In this document: positions 52,764 through 64,000 of the stretch, piece by piece
How the letters are laid out: the number at the start of each line of letters is the position of its first letter
How positions within the stretch are numbered: the stretch's first letter is position 1
Assembly (NCBI GenBank): GCA_951406725.2
Contig: OX597826.1
Coordinates: 9,734,001-9,798,000 of the forward strand
DNA: 64,000 nucleotides
Direction of reading: 5' to 3'
Source of the DNA: Octopus vulgaris
Lineage: Eukaryota
The notes under the pieces: generated by a model
Seen by the model: only the letters and a program-made list of their open reading frames with translations
What the model was told of the DNA's origin: nothing
Databases searched by the model: none
Program-made: the position numbers and the translations under genes

Positions 52764-53560
52764 CGCCCTTCCCTTGGATAACAATGGTGGCATGGAAAAG
52801 GGAGGTCGGTGTGCGTGGGCGACTGCTGGTCCTCCATAAAACAACCTTGCCCAGACTTGTGCCTGGGAGGGTAACTCTCTAGGTTCAATCCCCATGGTCA
52901 GTCATGACCGAAGGGGGTTACAGCAACTCTACCTTCAAGTGGTGCCCCAGCTTGGCCACAATCCAATAACTAAGACCAAGTAAAAGATAAAAGATTTTAC
53001 TGCCACCACTATAGTCTCCCTTATCAATGCCATGATTACAACCACTGTTTCTATCCACCAACACCTTTAAGGTCCCCTTAGTCTGCTGCTGCTAATGATG
53101 ATGATGCTACCATGGAGGCCAGTCTCCAAAAGTTTAGAACTCAGAACTTACATTCATGTAGCAAATCCCAAGAAACTAGTGATGGTCTTTTGCATCAGCA
53201 ATCAGTGATTATCCCATCTTATGTTCTCTCCCTCTACAGCCCTCTCTCTCTCTCTCTCCCTCTTCTCTCTCTCTTTCTCCCCTTCTCTCTCTCTCCCTCT
53301 TCTCTCTCTCTCTCCATTCTCTTTTCTCATCATTCTGTCCCTTTCTGTTTCTATTATCATTGCTCTATTTTACTCATGTCTAGGTTTTACTGTGCTCCTC
53401 CTCTCTCACTGTCACTCTCTCATTCTTTCCCTCTCCCTCTCTTCTTCTTCTCCTCATGGACCACCATTCTTCTTTGTAATTCTTCAATTGTCTTCTCTTC
53501 CACCACCATTTCACAACAATCCCTCCAGCCATCATCACTCTTTCGCTTTCTCTGTTTCAG

Positions 53561-53736
53561 CAAGCGTCAGTACAACTGTCTCCACCAGACACCAACCTCA
53601 TGTACATGGTACCTTAATGATGGTGCCTATTCTTTCCAACCAGACGAGAGTTATCGAATGCAGATTACTGTCCGCAACAGGAGAAAAAAACTCATCGCAA
53701 AGTCTAAGATCTTCTATATTTATTCTGCATTAATTG
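53561..53736 (+). CDS. Class I cytokine receptor, second exon of the cytokine-binding module (second Cys pair)
   Basis: Long pyrimidine tract with tttcag acceptor, and g|gtaagc donor; 176 nt, phase 2-1. AG+C=Ser: SKRQYNCLHQTPTSCTWYLNDGAYSFQPDESYRMQITVRNRRKKLIAKSKIFYIYSALI, containing a C-x7-C pair and an FN3 YxxxVxVxN-type strand. Confidence 0.88.
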
Positions 53737-54424
53737 GTAAGCAAAGCTTTGTGCTTGCAACTGTTTTTTCTATTCTCTCCTACTTTTATTTAGAAAAATT
53801 TTATATAAATTTTTTTGTGAAAAATATTGTTATGAATTAGTTTTTCAGCAGCCTATGCTCTGCTTTACTGCATTTACAGTAGTGAGGAGGAGAGAAAGCC
53901 AGGCAGAACAAATATTACTAAAGACTTTGTTTAAAAGTACCAGTTTTTTTTTTTTTGGGGTTTTACCAAGTTACTCTCTTTTACTCTTTTTCTTGTTTCA
54001 GTCATTTGACTGCGGCCATGCTGGAGCACTTATTCTTTGTAAGCCCAGTACTTATTCTATCAGTCTCTTTTGCCGAACCGCTAAGTGACGGGGACGTAAA
54101 CACACCAGCATCGGTTGTCAAGCAATGCTAGGGGGACAAACACAGACACACAAACACACACATATATATATATATACATATATACGAGAGGCTTCTTTCA
54201 GTTTCCGTCTACCAAATCCACTCACAAGGCATTGGTCGGCCCGAGGCCATAGTAGAAGACACTTGCCCAAGATGCCACGCAGTGGGACTGAACCCGGAAC
54301 CATGTGGTTGGTAAGCAAGCTACTTACCACACAGCCACTCCTACACCTATTTGTTCATATACCTTTTACAATATCACAGTATCAACCAGACAATTAGATG
54401 CTGTTATATGCTGCTGGTCACAAT

Positions 54425-54573
54425 CACTGGCGTAACTAGAGTGTGTGCCGCCCGGGGTGGCCCTTCCGTTTGCCACCCACTAACCCCACAAAAAACATGT
54501 ATTGCCTGCAGCAGACCCAAAAGTGCCACCTGAGGCGGACGGCCCTTGCTGCCCCCACATAGCTACCCTGGTG
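54425..54573. mobile_element. hAT-type MITE
   Basis: 8-bp TSD gtcacaat (54417-54424 and 54574-54581), with imperfect TIRs cactggcgtaacta and tagctaccctggtg. Confidence 0.7.
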
Positions 54574-55626
54574 GTCACAATGTGCTTCCAGTTTGTTGCC
54601 CGAGAAATGACAGCTACATCACCACTCGTAGCTCAGTGATTTTCAGAGAAGCACAAATGTAAACAATGTGTGTGTTGTTCATGCATGTGTCACATGCACA
54701 TACAACGCACAGATGCATGCACGTGCACACACACACACACACACCTGAATGGCATTCATGACTTGACTGCACCATTCTTTTCCATCTTGACCCAAATTGC
54801 TTAACTAAATCACCTTCCCGTTGTCGTGGAGGCCTTGCAAGTGGCCTTTTCTGATCTCTACATCCTGTCATAAAGGGCCATTGCTTCAGAATGAAATAAT
54901 CGGGTGTGGCTGTTTGGATACTGATCATTTGGTACTGCTGACTGCACTTTCAACTTATTTTGGCCACTGGAGGCAAAAACCACATGCACACATGTGCAAA
55001 AAGATACATATACAGATTGCTACCAAATCCACTCACAAGGCTTCGGTCAGCCCAAGGCTATAGTAGAAGACACTTACCCAAGGTGCTGTGCAGTAGGACC
55101 GAATCCAGAACCATGTGGTTGGGTAGTAAGCTTCTTACCACACAGTCAAGTCTGAAATTCTTATTTGCGATTGGCTTCTGTATAGTTTCCTATTTCTTTA
55201 CTACCCACAAGAGGCTAAATATAGAGGGCACAAACAAGGACAGACAAAGGGATTAAGTCGATTACAGTGCGTAACTGGTACTTAATTTATCGACCCCCGA
55301 AAGGAGGAAAGGCAAAGTCGACCTCGACGGAATTTGAACTCAAAACGTAAAGACAGACAAAATACCTATTTCTTTACTAACCACAAGGGGCTAAACACAG
55401 GGAGGACAGACAAAGGGATTAAGTCGATTACATCGACTCCAGTGCGTAACTGGTACTTATTTAATCAACCCCGAAGGGATGAAAGGCAAAGTCGACTTCG
55501 GCGGAATTTGAACTCAGAACGTAACGACAGATGAAATACCGCTTAGCATTTTGCCTGGCACGCTAACGTTTCTGCCAGCTCGCCACCTTTGTATAGTTTC
55601 CATCTACTACATTCTACTCACAAGGA

Positions 55627-56004
55627 TGGATGGAAGCACTCCGTCGGTTACGACGAGGGTTCCGGTTGATCCGATCAACGGAACAGCCTGCTCGTGAAAT
55701 TAACGTGTAAGTGGCTGAGCACTCCACAGACACGTGTACCCTTAATGTAGTTCTCGGGGATATTCAGCGTGACACAGAGAGTGACAAGGCCGGCCCTTTG
55801 AAATATAGAAACAGGAAGAAAGAGTGAGAGAAAGTTGTGTTGAAAGAGTACAGCAGGGATCACCACCATCCCCTGCCGGAACCTCGTGGAGCTTTAGGTG
55901 TTTTCGCTCAATAAACACTCACAACGCCCGGTCCGGAAATCGAAACCGCGATCCTACGACCGCGAGTCCGCTGCCCTAACCACTGGGCCATTGCGCCTCC
56001 ACCC
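55627..56004 (-). mobile_element. Full-length tRNA-derived SINE with 11-bp TSD
   Basis: TSD actcacaagga (55616-55626 and 56005-56015). The head ggaggcgcaatggcccagtggttagggc is shared with 31323-31630 (+). Confidence 0.85.
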
Positions 56005-58239
56005 ACTCACAAGGACATACTAGAAGACACTTGTCCAAGATGCTGTTCAGTGGCCGTGAATCCCAGAACTGTATCATCTTAAAATGAGAGCTTCCTAACC
56101 ACACAGCCATGCCTGCTGTTTCATTCCTCATTATATTGGATTGTCATGGTTGGTCAGAATACCTACAGTTCTCACTACCATCTTATACAGTAACATTATT
56201 ACAAATTTCCCCCTTTGCACACAAAGAGCTTTTGTGTTACATTATTCTTTTAATCTTAATCAACCTACTTCAATAAATAAAGAGGTTACAACTTTTACTT
56301 TATGGTCGAATAGATTACAAAAGAAAGGGGACAAACAGCAAATCCTTTCTGTATGAGAACACATTTTATTTTTGTCTTTATTTTCCCATACTTGAGTGAG
56401 TGGAAAGCTCTCTGGTTTTGTTTGTTTTTTTTTTTGTTTATTTTGGTTTTTTTGGGGAAGTGAGGTGTTATTTTTCTTTGTTGTTTTTTTTTATACTGGA
56501 CACCCTTCCTACTCACCTCTTAATCACTGACCTGTGAAGTTATGGTTGTCAGAGTAATACCTGCTACCAACAAGCTAGCAAGCCAAGCAGTCAGTCACAC
56601 AGAATGAACACAGAATTACCTGTTTTGTTCAGGTGTCAAATATATAGATTTGAATCATGACTCTTGTGATTAGCATATTAAATTCTTTTACTCTTTTACT
56701 GGTCTCAGTCATTTGGCTTTGCGGCCATGCTGGGGCACTTACCTTCAAGAGTTTAGTTGATATATCAACCTCAGTACTCATTTTAGTCTGGTACATTATT
56801 TTATTAATTTCCATTTGCTGAACCACTAAGTTACAGGATAAAGGGGTACAATGTGATGAGACTATTATAGTCTAATGTTGACATTAACACAAATTTAGAC
56901 TTTGGCTTCATGCACACACACACTCAGAGAACATATAAGTTTGTTTATTTCTGTTCATTTTACATCCGTTTTCCCCATGTTAGCACATGTTACATGGCTA
57001 TATTATTAAGATGTTGTTTACAGCTTGATATTCTTCCTGTTTCTCAAATGTGTGCCATCAGGCAGTTTGTTGCCCAAGAAATGACAGCCCCATCACCACG
57101 TGTAGCTCAGTAATTTTCAGAGAAGCACAAATGTAAACAATGTGTGGGTGTATGTGTGTTGTTCATGCATATGTCACATGCACATACGACGCACAGATGC
57201 GTGCATGTGCACATGCACACACCTAAGTGACACTCATTTGCAGCCATCATGCAATGTCCAGGCAAGGAGATACAAACATACACACAAACATACATTTCTG
57301 AACTGATCAACTTTATCATTTCTCTATATATAAACGGCAAAATGTATGTCTGTGTGTGTGTCCTTTATACAAATCCACAATTTTTCAGTTAGAGTGCTCG
57401 CACTTTCTATGGTCATTCAAAACCGTCCCAGGGTGGTCGTGCACATCTTTACATTTCCCCAGTCACCCCGCAAAGCCATTGAAAAATCAATAGAAGTGAC
57501 TTTTTTGCGAATTTTCTATCCAAAACCCAATCAAAATACCAGAAACTTGATACGCCAGTTGAATGCCAGCTAGCTGTATGTGATTGGTCGGAGATTTGGA
57601 CAGCACTCGCGTGTATGTGCGCACGCACGCATAGCTGTATATGCATGCACTAGCACTATGAGGGGAAACATATTTTAACATTCATGCCTTTTATCAATTC
57701 TAATCTTCTTTTACTTAAGCAGAGAATGAAACTGTAAAATCCTCGCATCTTTTTTTGTGGTCTTTAAGATTACATCTGTCTTTGATGATGTCATAAGAAT
57801 TCATAAACTTTGAGAGTATGTGAAAATATGAAATAATTCTTTTTTGGGGAATAATGGATCTTGATGCAGATAAAGCGATTATTTATAGTTTTGAGTTAAA
57901 TAAGAATAAATGAAGACATACTAAAAGTCTTATTAGTAGGACAAATGGTAAATTGCACATGTAGCTTTGTTTGTTACTGATTCAGTCATCATTGATCCAC
58001 AATAACATGATGCATTCAGTTGCAAGTCGCATTTCCTTCATCATTGATTGATCTGTGTTGACACAGGTCCAAGCAATCGAAGATTCTGCTTGTACTGCAA
58101 AAATGCTCTTCAGTGACCACCCACTGTACCCAGTTGCCCAGAATGCACTGATTATTGCTTGTGTTCACATGACTGTGCTGTGAGCCTGCATATTTTAAAT
58201 TTTTTATAAGGCATTACAAACTTGTACCCATCAACATGG

Positions 58240-58410
58240 GACCGGTGAACAGAAAAAGTGTGAAGGTACTTGACCCTAACAAACAATGCAGATGAGTGTG
58301 TTCTTTATAGGGAAAGGTAGAGATGGTCAAGAAAATATATGAGGGTGGAAGCCTTACTGCGGCAAGCCATGAGATTGGTGTCAATGAATCTACCTTTCAT
58401 TCCATTTACG
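58240..58410 (+). mobile_element. pogo/Tigger transposase N-terminal HTH relic
   Basis: KVEMVKKIYEGGSLTAASHEIGVNESTFHSI resembles the psq-type HTH (GVNESTIRxI) of Tigger/pogo transposases. Confidence 0.6.
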
Positions 58411-58640
58411 TGTGGGGAGATGATTCTTTTATCACTGATTTTATTTTTTTTAGAACTAAAACCCCTCTGATAAATAAGGATTTTCCTGAGTGTTTAACAC
58501 AAGCTTAATTAAATTACCACCAACCTATAACAGTGATATGACAATAATTAAAAGAAAGTTGTTATTATTGTTATTGTTGCTCTCTCCTCTTCTTTATTTT
58601 TCTCTCCTTTCAAATTTTCTTCGTTATATTCTAATTAAAG

Positions 58641-58777
58641 TGAAACCAGCTAAACTGCGCGGCATCAAATGCCAACCATATAACAGCAGTTGTACCAACT
58701 TATCATGGAACCATACTCATCCACTGAAATGCAGAGTTCGTTACCACTCACAGTGGGATCCTTCCAATATTTGGGAG
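58641..58777 (+). CDS. Class I cytokine receptor, first half of the second FN3 domain
   Basis: Pyrimidine tract with aag acceptor, and gag|gtaagt donor; 137 nt, phase 1-0. G+TG=Val: VKPAKLRGIKCQPYNSSCTNLSWNHTHPLKCRVRYHSQWDPSNIWE. It has the VKP hinge, LSW and CxVRY motifs typical of the domain preceding WSxWS. Confidence 0.88.
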
Positions 58778-60699
58778 GTAAGTTGGCCCTTTTCTTTAAA
58801 CTTTTTTATCTTTTTTCCTTGTACTTGTTTCAGTCTGTGACCATACTCGAACACAACCTTGTGGGGTTTAGTCAAACAAATCAGACCCAGTACTCATTCT
58901 ATCAATATCTTTCTGCTGAACCCCCAAGTTAACAGGGCCATAAACAAAGCAACACCGGTTGCCAACCAGTCTTGAAGACAAATATATACATGACAGGCTT
59001 CTTTCAGTTTCTATCTACCAAATCCGTTCACAAAGCTTTGGTCAGCCGAGGCCTTTGGTAGAAGACACATGCTCAAAATGCTGCACACTAGGACTGAACT
59101 TGTAACCATGAGGTTGTGAATCCAACTTCTTATTACATACGAAATAAATGAACCACATTGGTAATGCTGCTGCTGGTGCTGGTGGAGGCGGAGTAGTGGT
59201 AATGATGATGAGGTAAAGTAATTATCATTAACTACTGTAACTACTACATTTTAACAAGACAGTATGTACATGGTCTCTCCACTTGCAGGAAATAGCAACC
59301 AAATCTCTCAACTCAAGCCCCACCATCTTGAATATGAAAAAAAGTATACATTGGACAATGCAGTCCAAGACATAATTCTACTAAAAACTGGATGGTCACA
59401 ATTGGAATGCCTTTGATCATAAGGTCTGCTGGATCAGGGTTGACTTGATAATAAACAGCAATTCTAATTTTTATCACTAGTTAAGCATCTGTGAGAGATA
59501 ATTGGTATAAAGTTGTATTATTTACTGAAAAAATTATTATACATGAGATAATTAACAAATCTAAGACTATATTAAAAATAATTACCAGATATTTTTTTAG
59601 CTCTCAGTCAGATCCTCTTTCATTAAACAGACATGGTGTGATGTATCTAAGACTACATTGTATGTGGTAATATGAGACAAATTTAGCTGCTGTTTCTAGC
59701 AGCTCAAGCAAGCATGCAGAAGCTGCCTTCATTTGCTTGATTCATGGCTGCCATTCCAAGATACTTTGTAGAGATTCCTCTCTGATTTTCTCAGTGTGTC
59801 TTTTTTATTTAAAATAGCAGGGTATAGTTGAAGGGAAATTTAACTGCTATTTCTAACATTTTGGGTGACCACATAGCAATTCCAGCATTTCATGATGTGT
59901 CTTTATCCTTGTGGGTTTTAGTTGAACAAATCAACCCCAAGTCCAGTACTTATTCTATCAATCTCCTTTGCCAAACAGCTAAGTGGCAAGGGAAATAAAC
60001 AAACCAGCACCAGTTGGCAAGCAGTAGCAGGGTCACAGAAGACACACACACACACATACATGCATTATATGTGTGTGTTGGGGTGCATATATATTTCTTT
60101 ACTGCCCGCAAGGGGCTAAACATAGAGGGGACAAACAAGGACAGACAAAGGGATTAAGTCGAGTACATCGACCCCAGTGCGAAACTGGTACTTTATTTAT
60201 CAACCCTGAAAGGATGAAAGGCAAAGTCGACCTCGGCGGAGTTTGAACTCAGAACGTAACGACCGACGAAATACCTCTAAGCATTTTGCCCAGCACTCTA
60301 ACGTTTCTGCCAGCTCGCCACCTTAATGTGTATATACACACACACATACACAACACACTTTTACACAGCTTCTGTTTATCAAAGAAATTGATCTGCCATA
60401 AGCTATAGAAGACACATGACCATGGTGCCATGCAGTGGGACTGAACTCAAAACCACACGATTACAAAGAGTGAGCTTCTTAACCACTCAGCCATGCTTGC
60501 TGTTTTTTGTTTGTTTGTTTTGTTTTTTTGAGATGGTAGGGTGTGTGTGTGTGTGTGTGTGTGTGTGGATTGTAATTATCAGAAGACCATGAGCAGCATC
60601 AGCCGTGAGGTAAGTTGCAGAAGTCAGCTAAGATGGAAGTGACATTTAGCTGAGGAAGCAAGCAATCAGACTTCGGTATGCTTCAGTGGACGGACTTAA

Positions 60700-60780
60700 T
60701 GAGACTGGGACGGTGGGAGGGAAGAACTGAGACTGGGATGGTGGGAGGGAAGAACTGAGACTGGGACGGAGGGAGGGGAG
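60700..60780 (+). repeat. 28-bp G-rich tandem repeat, about 3 copies
   Basis: Unit tgagactgggacggtgggagggaagaac. Confidence 0.9.
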
Positions 60781-62185
60781 GACGTCAACAAGAATCTTGA
60801 GAAACAGAACCAACTGCTGTTAACTGATCCAAAGATAATTTCTTTGCTACGTCTGAAGTAAACGGTCCGACATCTCTGTAGAGGGGAAGGGGCAGGGTCT
60901 TGGTTTTTTTGTTTCCTCCTTATAGGTTGTTCTTGTTGTTTAGCCCTGGGTCATCTCTGATCCGGCAGACTTCTATGATCAAAGGCATTCCAGACATAAT
61001 CATAACACTTTTTTTTTTTTCGTTTTCAGACATAATATATCTAAAACTATACAATCAAATGTATTCTTGTTTAAGATTGTAGGGTGTGGTTTGAGGGAGA
61101 TTTGGCTGCTATTTCTAGCTGGTTGAGTAACCATGTAAAGGGCCCTTCTTATAGGTTTTTATAGGTGAGAGTGTGTGGGTGTGTATGAATATGTGTTTGT
61201 GCGCGATTATGCGAATGTGTATGTAAATATGTGTGCACTAACGTACTTGTGCATTTGTGTATATTTTATTGTAAGAAGAGAACGGTTGCATATAAAAGTA
61301 TGTATTTTTTTATTGGAATAGTTTGGTAGGAGAGACTGTGTGCCCATGGCCTTCAGTCTGTGTGTGTGTGTGTGTGTGTGTGCACATTGGTGCATATACA
61401 TGCATCTGGGCACGTGTGGATGCCATTTACACTTTACAAATGTTAAAATATTTTTGTCTTTCAAGCACAGTCACCCTCACATTTTACTGCCCTAAAAGCA
61501 GGGAACTCTCTGGTTGCATTTCAAGTGGCCTGTTTTTATTATTAAATTCCCTTTTTCCTTCCGTCCCCTTCAGTCTTCCCCTTCCATTCCCAGCTTCCCT
61601 CATTATCTCCACATTACTGCTCCACATTTTACTCAGAGCTATGAATGGAACGTTTGAAGTTCTTCGTTTTTGGATGCTGGGAATGTCGAGAGCTTGATGC
61701 AGGCAGGAGTTGGACAAGATATTGCATAGAACGGGCAAGAAAGCGATAGATCTGTATGGAAGCATGGAAGCAGGTGTGTAAGGAGCCTTCTCTGCGGCAG
61801 TTAGTCATGAAATCAAAACCTGACAGTTATACTTAATTATAAATAGTAAAGGTGTAACAAAATAAGTGTAAGAACAGGAAAATATTTACTTTTTGGCAGA
61901 AAATTTAAACAACTTATAATAATGATAATAATAATAATGAGGGAGAGGAGGAGGAGAAGAAGGAAGAGCTAAGCTGCAACTGACTTGGTTTGGGGGAATG
62001 ATGGGAAGTTTATGAAAATATAGATGTGTGGTTTAGCATTATAAAATAACATTCCTTGATGATGAGCTTTCAGTTCCATTTATATGCATAATGTATCTAT
62101 GTAATAGTGTGTGTGTATGTGTGTGTAAATATATATTTATATGCATGTATATGCACACACACACACACACACACACACATGCATG

Positions 62186-62245
<60 letters not shown>

Positions 62246-62369
62246 TTCATATGAATATGGTGCTTAACTTAAAGGCATCAGAATTTGGTATGGTATTATC
62301 CATATAAATCAAATGGGGTGATTTAAGTATAAAAATGTACATTGTCCATTTAATTAAAAAATTCTATAA

Positions 62370-62455
62370 GTGGCTGAAGATTGCTCGACATTTTAAAACT
62401 GATGTAATACTTACAGTGTTTAATAAAATGAAGTAGCATGAAACGATTGTACTAC
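62370..62455 (+). ncRNA. Hammerhead ribozyme-like fold (minimal stem III, long stem II)
   Basis: gtgg-CTGAAGA-t-tgct...catttta...taaaatg...agca-t-GAAAC-gatt-GTA-ctac. Confidence 0.55.
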
Positions 62456-62580
62456 ACTACCTTGGATATCCTTGTTGCTTATTATGATTATATATATATA
62501 ATTAATCCACTAAAAGCAACAACGCAAGGACATGGTACATGCAAAGTATTAACAGACGCTCAGGGAAGGAAACAAAGGTA

Positions 62581-62615
62581 GTTTTACATTTTGAGTAAAG
62601 ATCCTCTTCAGAAAC
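62581..62615 (-). ncRNA. Decayed minimal hammerhead in a Penelope-type repeat
   Basis: The minus strand reads gttt-CTGAAGA-ggatctttactc-AAAAT-GTA-aaac. Reverting two CpG decays gives ctcGAAACGTA. Confidence 0.5.
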
Positions 62616-62683
62616 AGGAGACAGAGGAAAGTCCAAGAGAAAAGGGAGACGGAGTAAAAAATCGCCAATGATCCACATGTAGT

Positions 62684-62780
<97 letters not shown>

Positions 62781-63050
62781 TATATATACATACATACATA
62801 CAGGGCATAGCTGTGTGGCTAGGAACCTTGTTTCTCACCGGCATAATCTCAGGTTCAGTCCCACTGCATGACACTTTGGGCAAGTGACTATTGTAGCCTT
62901 GGGCTGACTGAAGCCTTATGATTGAATTTGGTAGGCAGAAATTTCTGCTGTGTATACATGTGTGTGAGAGTACATGTGCCTCCTTTAATAGATAAGAGGG
63001 GAAAAACATACATATATGAACATAATATCTGTGTGTGTGTGCATGTTTAA

Positions 63051-63270
63051 CCCTTTAGTGTCCTGATTATTCTATCAAACATATTGCTAATTGATTCCCA
63101 TTGATTTGAATTAATCAAGCATTATCTCATATCTTCAAGATCTTGATGGTGTAATTACTTAATGTAGAATAACGTTGTAGGGTAGGTGTGAGAGCCTGGA
63201 TCTGGTCAGTTTGAACATAAAACAGATTGAATATTTTGGCCGGATATGGCCGGTTTAAATACCAAAAGGG
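63051..63270. mobile_element. piggyBac-type MITE (second family)
   Basis: TTAA|cccttt...aaaggg|TTAA. Related copies lie at about 13905-14128, 23566-23752 and 28235-28845 (the last split by a SINE). Confidence 0.65.
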
Positions 63271-63567
63271 TTAAAGTGAAAAATGTAAATGCTCCCTAAG
63301 CCTTAATGTGCCACCATTCTTCGCTAGCCTGATGACCAAAACTTGGAAATCACATTTACAAATGTTAAGTGAGATGATCTGGAATGGTTCGGCTGAAAAT
63401 TGAACCTGCACTTCAGATTTAACTTGGAGCAAGCTTCCCACCATTCTCTGATGCTCTCTCTCTCTCTCTCTCACACACACCTTTACACACATACATACAC
63501 AGTTTTTAATGGACGATAGGATACAGATTTAGACACATGGAGAAGTGTTGTGTTTCAAGATCATTAA

Positions 63568-63788
63568 CCCTTTCGTTACTGTAATTATTTTGAGATATTC
63601 TGTGTTTCTTTCAATCATTTTTAAATATAGCAAAGAATTTAGTAAAATAACCAAGTTATCATTCAGCTAGTGTTAGGAACATGAATTGTGACTAAGGTTT
63701 GGTGGAAGATTTTAATTCAAAACTTGCGAAAACAAGACATTTGTACTCAGAGCCAGGGCCGGTTTTGGTTGGGTTGGTAACGAAAGGG
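63568..63788. mobile_element. piggyBac-type MITE
   Basis: TTAA on both sides, with TIRs ccctttcgttac and gtaacgaaaggg. A partial related copy lies near 27515-27660. Confidence 0.75.
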
Positions 63789-64000
63789 TTAAACTAACTT
63801 ACATCACTGAGGGATATTAAAAAAAAAAAAAGGTTTAGTAATGATGGAGCCCCTGTACAATTGTACAACCTGCTATAAATAGCTGTAATTCTCCTTCAAA
63901 CCAAATCATATTGTCTTAGAAATCTTTATATAGAAAAGTGAGGTTGTGTGCTGTCTGCCTCCTACGATTTAGATTCCTAACTACTCCCACATTTTGCAGT

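Noticed and set aside
53112-53560. N-terminal part of the 242-aa ORF
   Set aside because: It is CT-rich intronic sequence; only 53561-53736 is bounded by splice sites and fits the receptor.
60700-60780. CRISPR-like 28-bp repeats
   Set aside because: The repeats are head-to-tail with no spacers, in a eukaryotic context with no cas genes.
58778-64000. Search for the WSxWS exon of the receptor
   Set aside because: No phase-0 exon with an FN3 second half or WSxWS-like motif was found by eye; it probably lies beyond the window.

Overview
This is AT-rich, microsatellite-dense animal genomic DNA. Its repeat families (tRNA-derived SINEs, RTE 3' tails ending in (GAT)n) point to a coleoid cephalopod, probably Octopus; this is recall-based inference. 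Almost all of the supplied ORFs are spurious translations of repeats. The one clear gene is on the + strand: four spliced exons (15649-15942, 38484-38613, 53561-53736, 58641-58777) join in frame to give about 245 aa of the ectodomain of a class I cytokine receptor (Ig-like domain plus cytokine-binding FN3 module, gp130/Domeless-like). The intron phases 1-2-1-0 match the family pattern, and the WSxWS exon and the rest of the gene were not found in the window. A candidate signal-peptide exon just upstream is interrupted by a TGA or a 1-nt frameshift. The introns hold SINEs; RTE, CR1, Dong/R4, Hero and Penelope-like retroelement relics; non-autonomous Helitrons; piggyBac, hAT and Tigger MITEs; MULE and pogo transposase relics; and 5S and 28S rRNA fragments. 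Several unrelated short elements beside (TA)n tracts carry hammerhead-ribozyme folds and fold-back inversions. All structures were derived by hand, and repeat boundaries are approximate.
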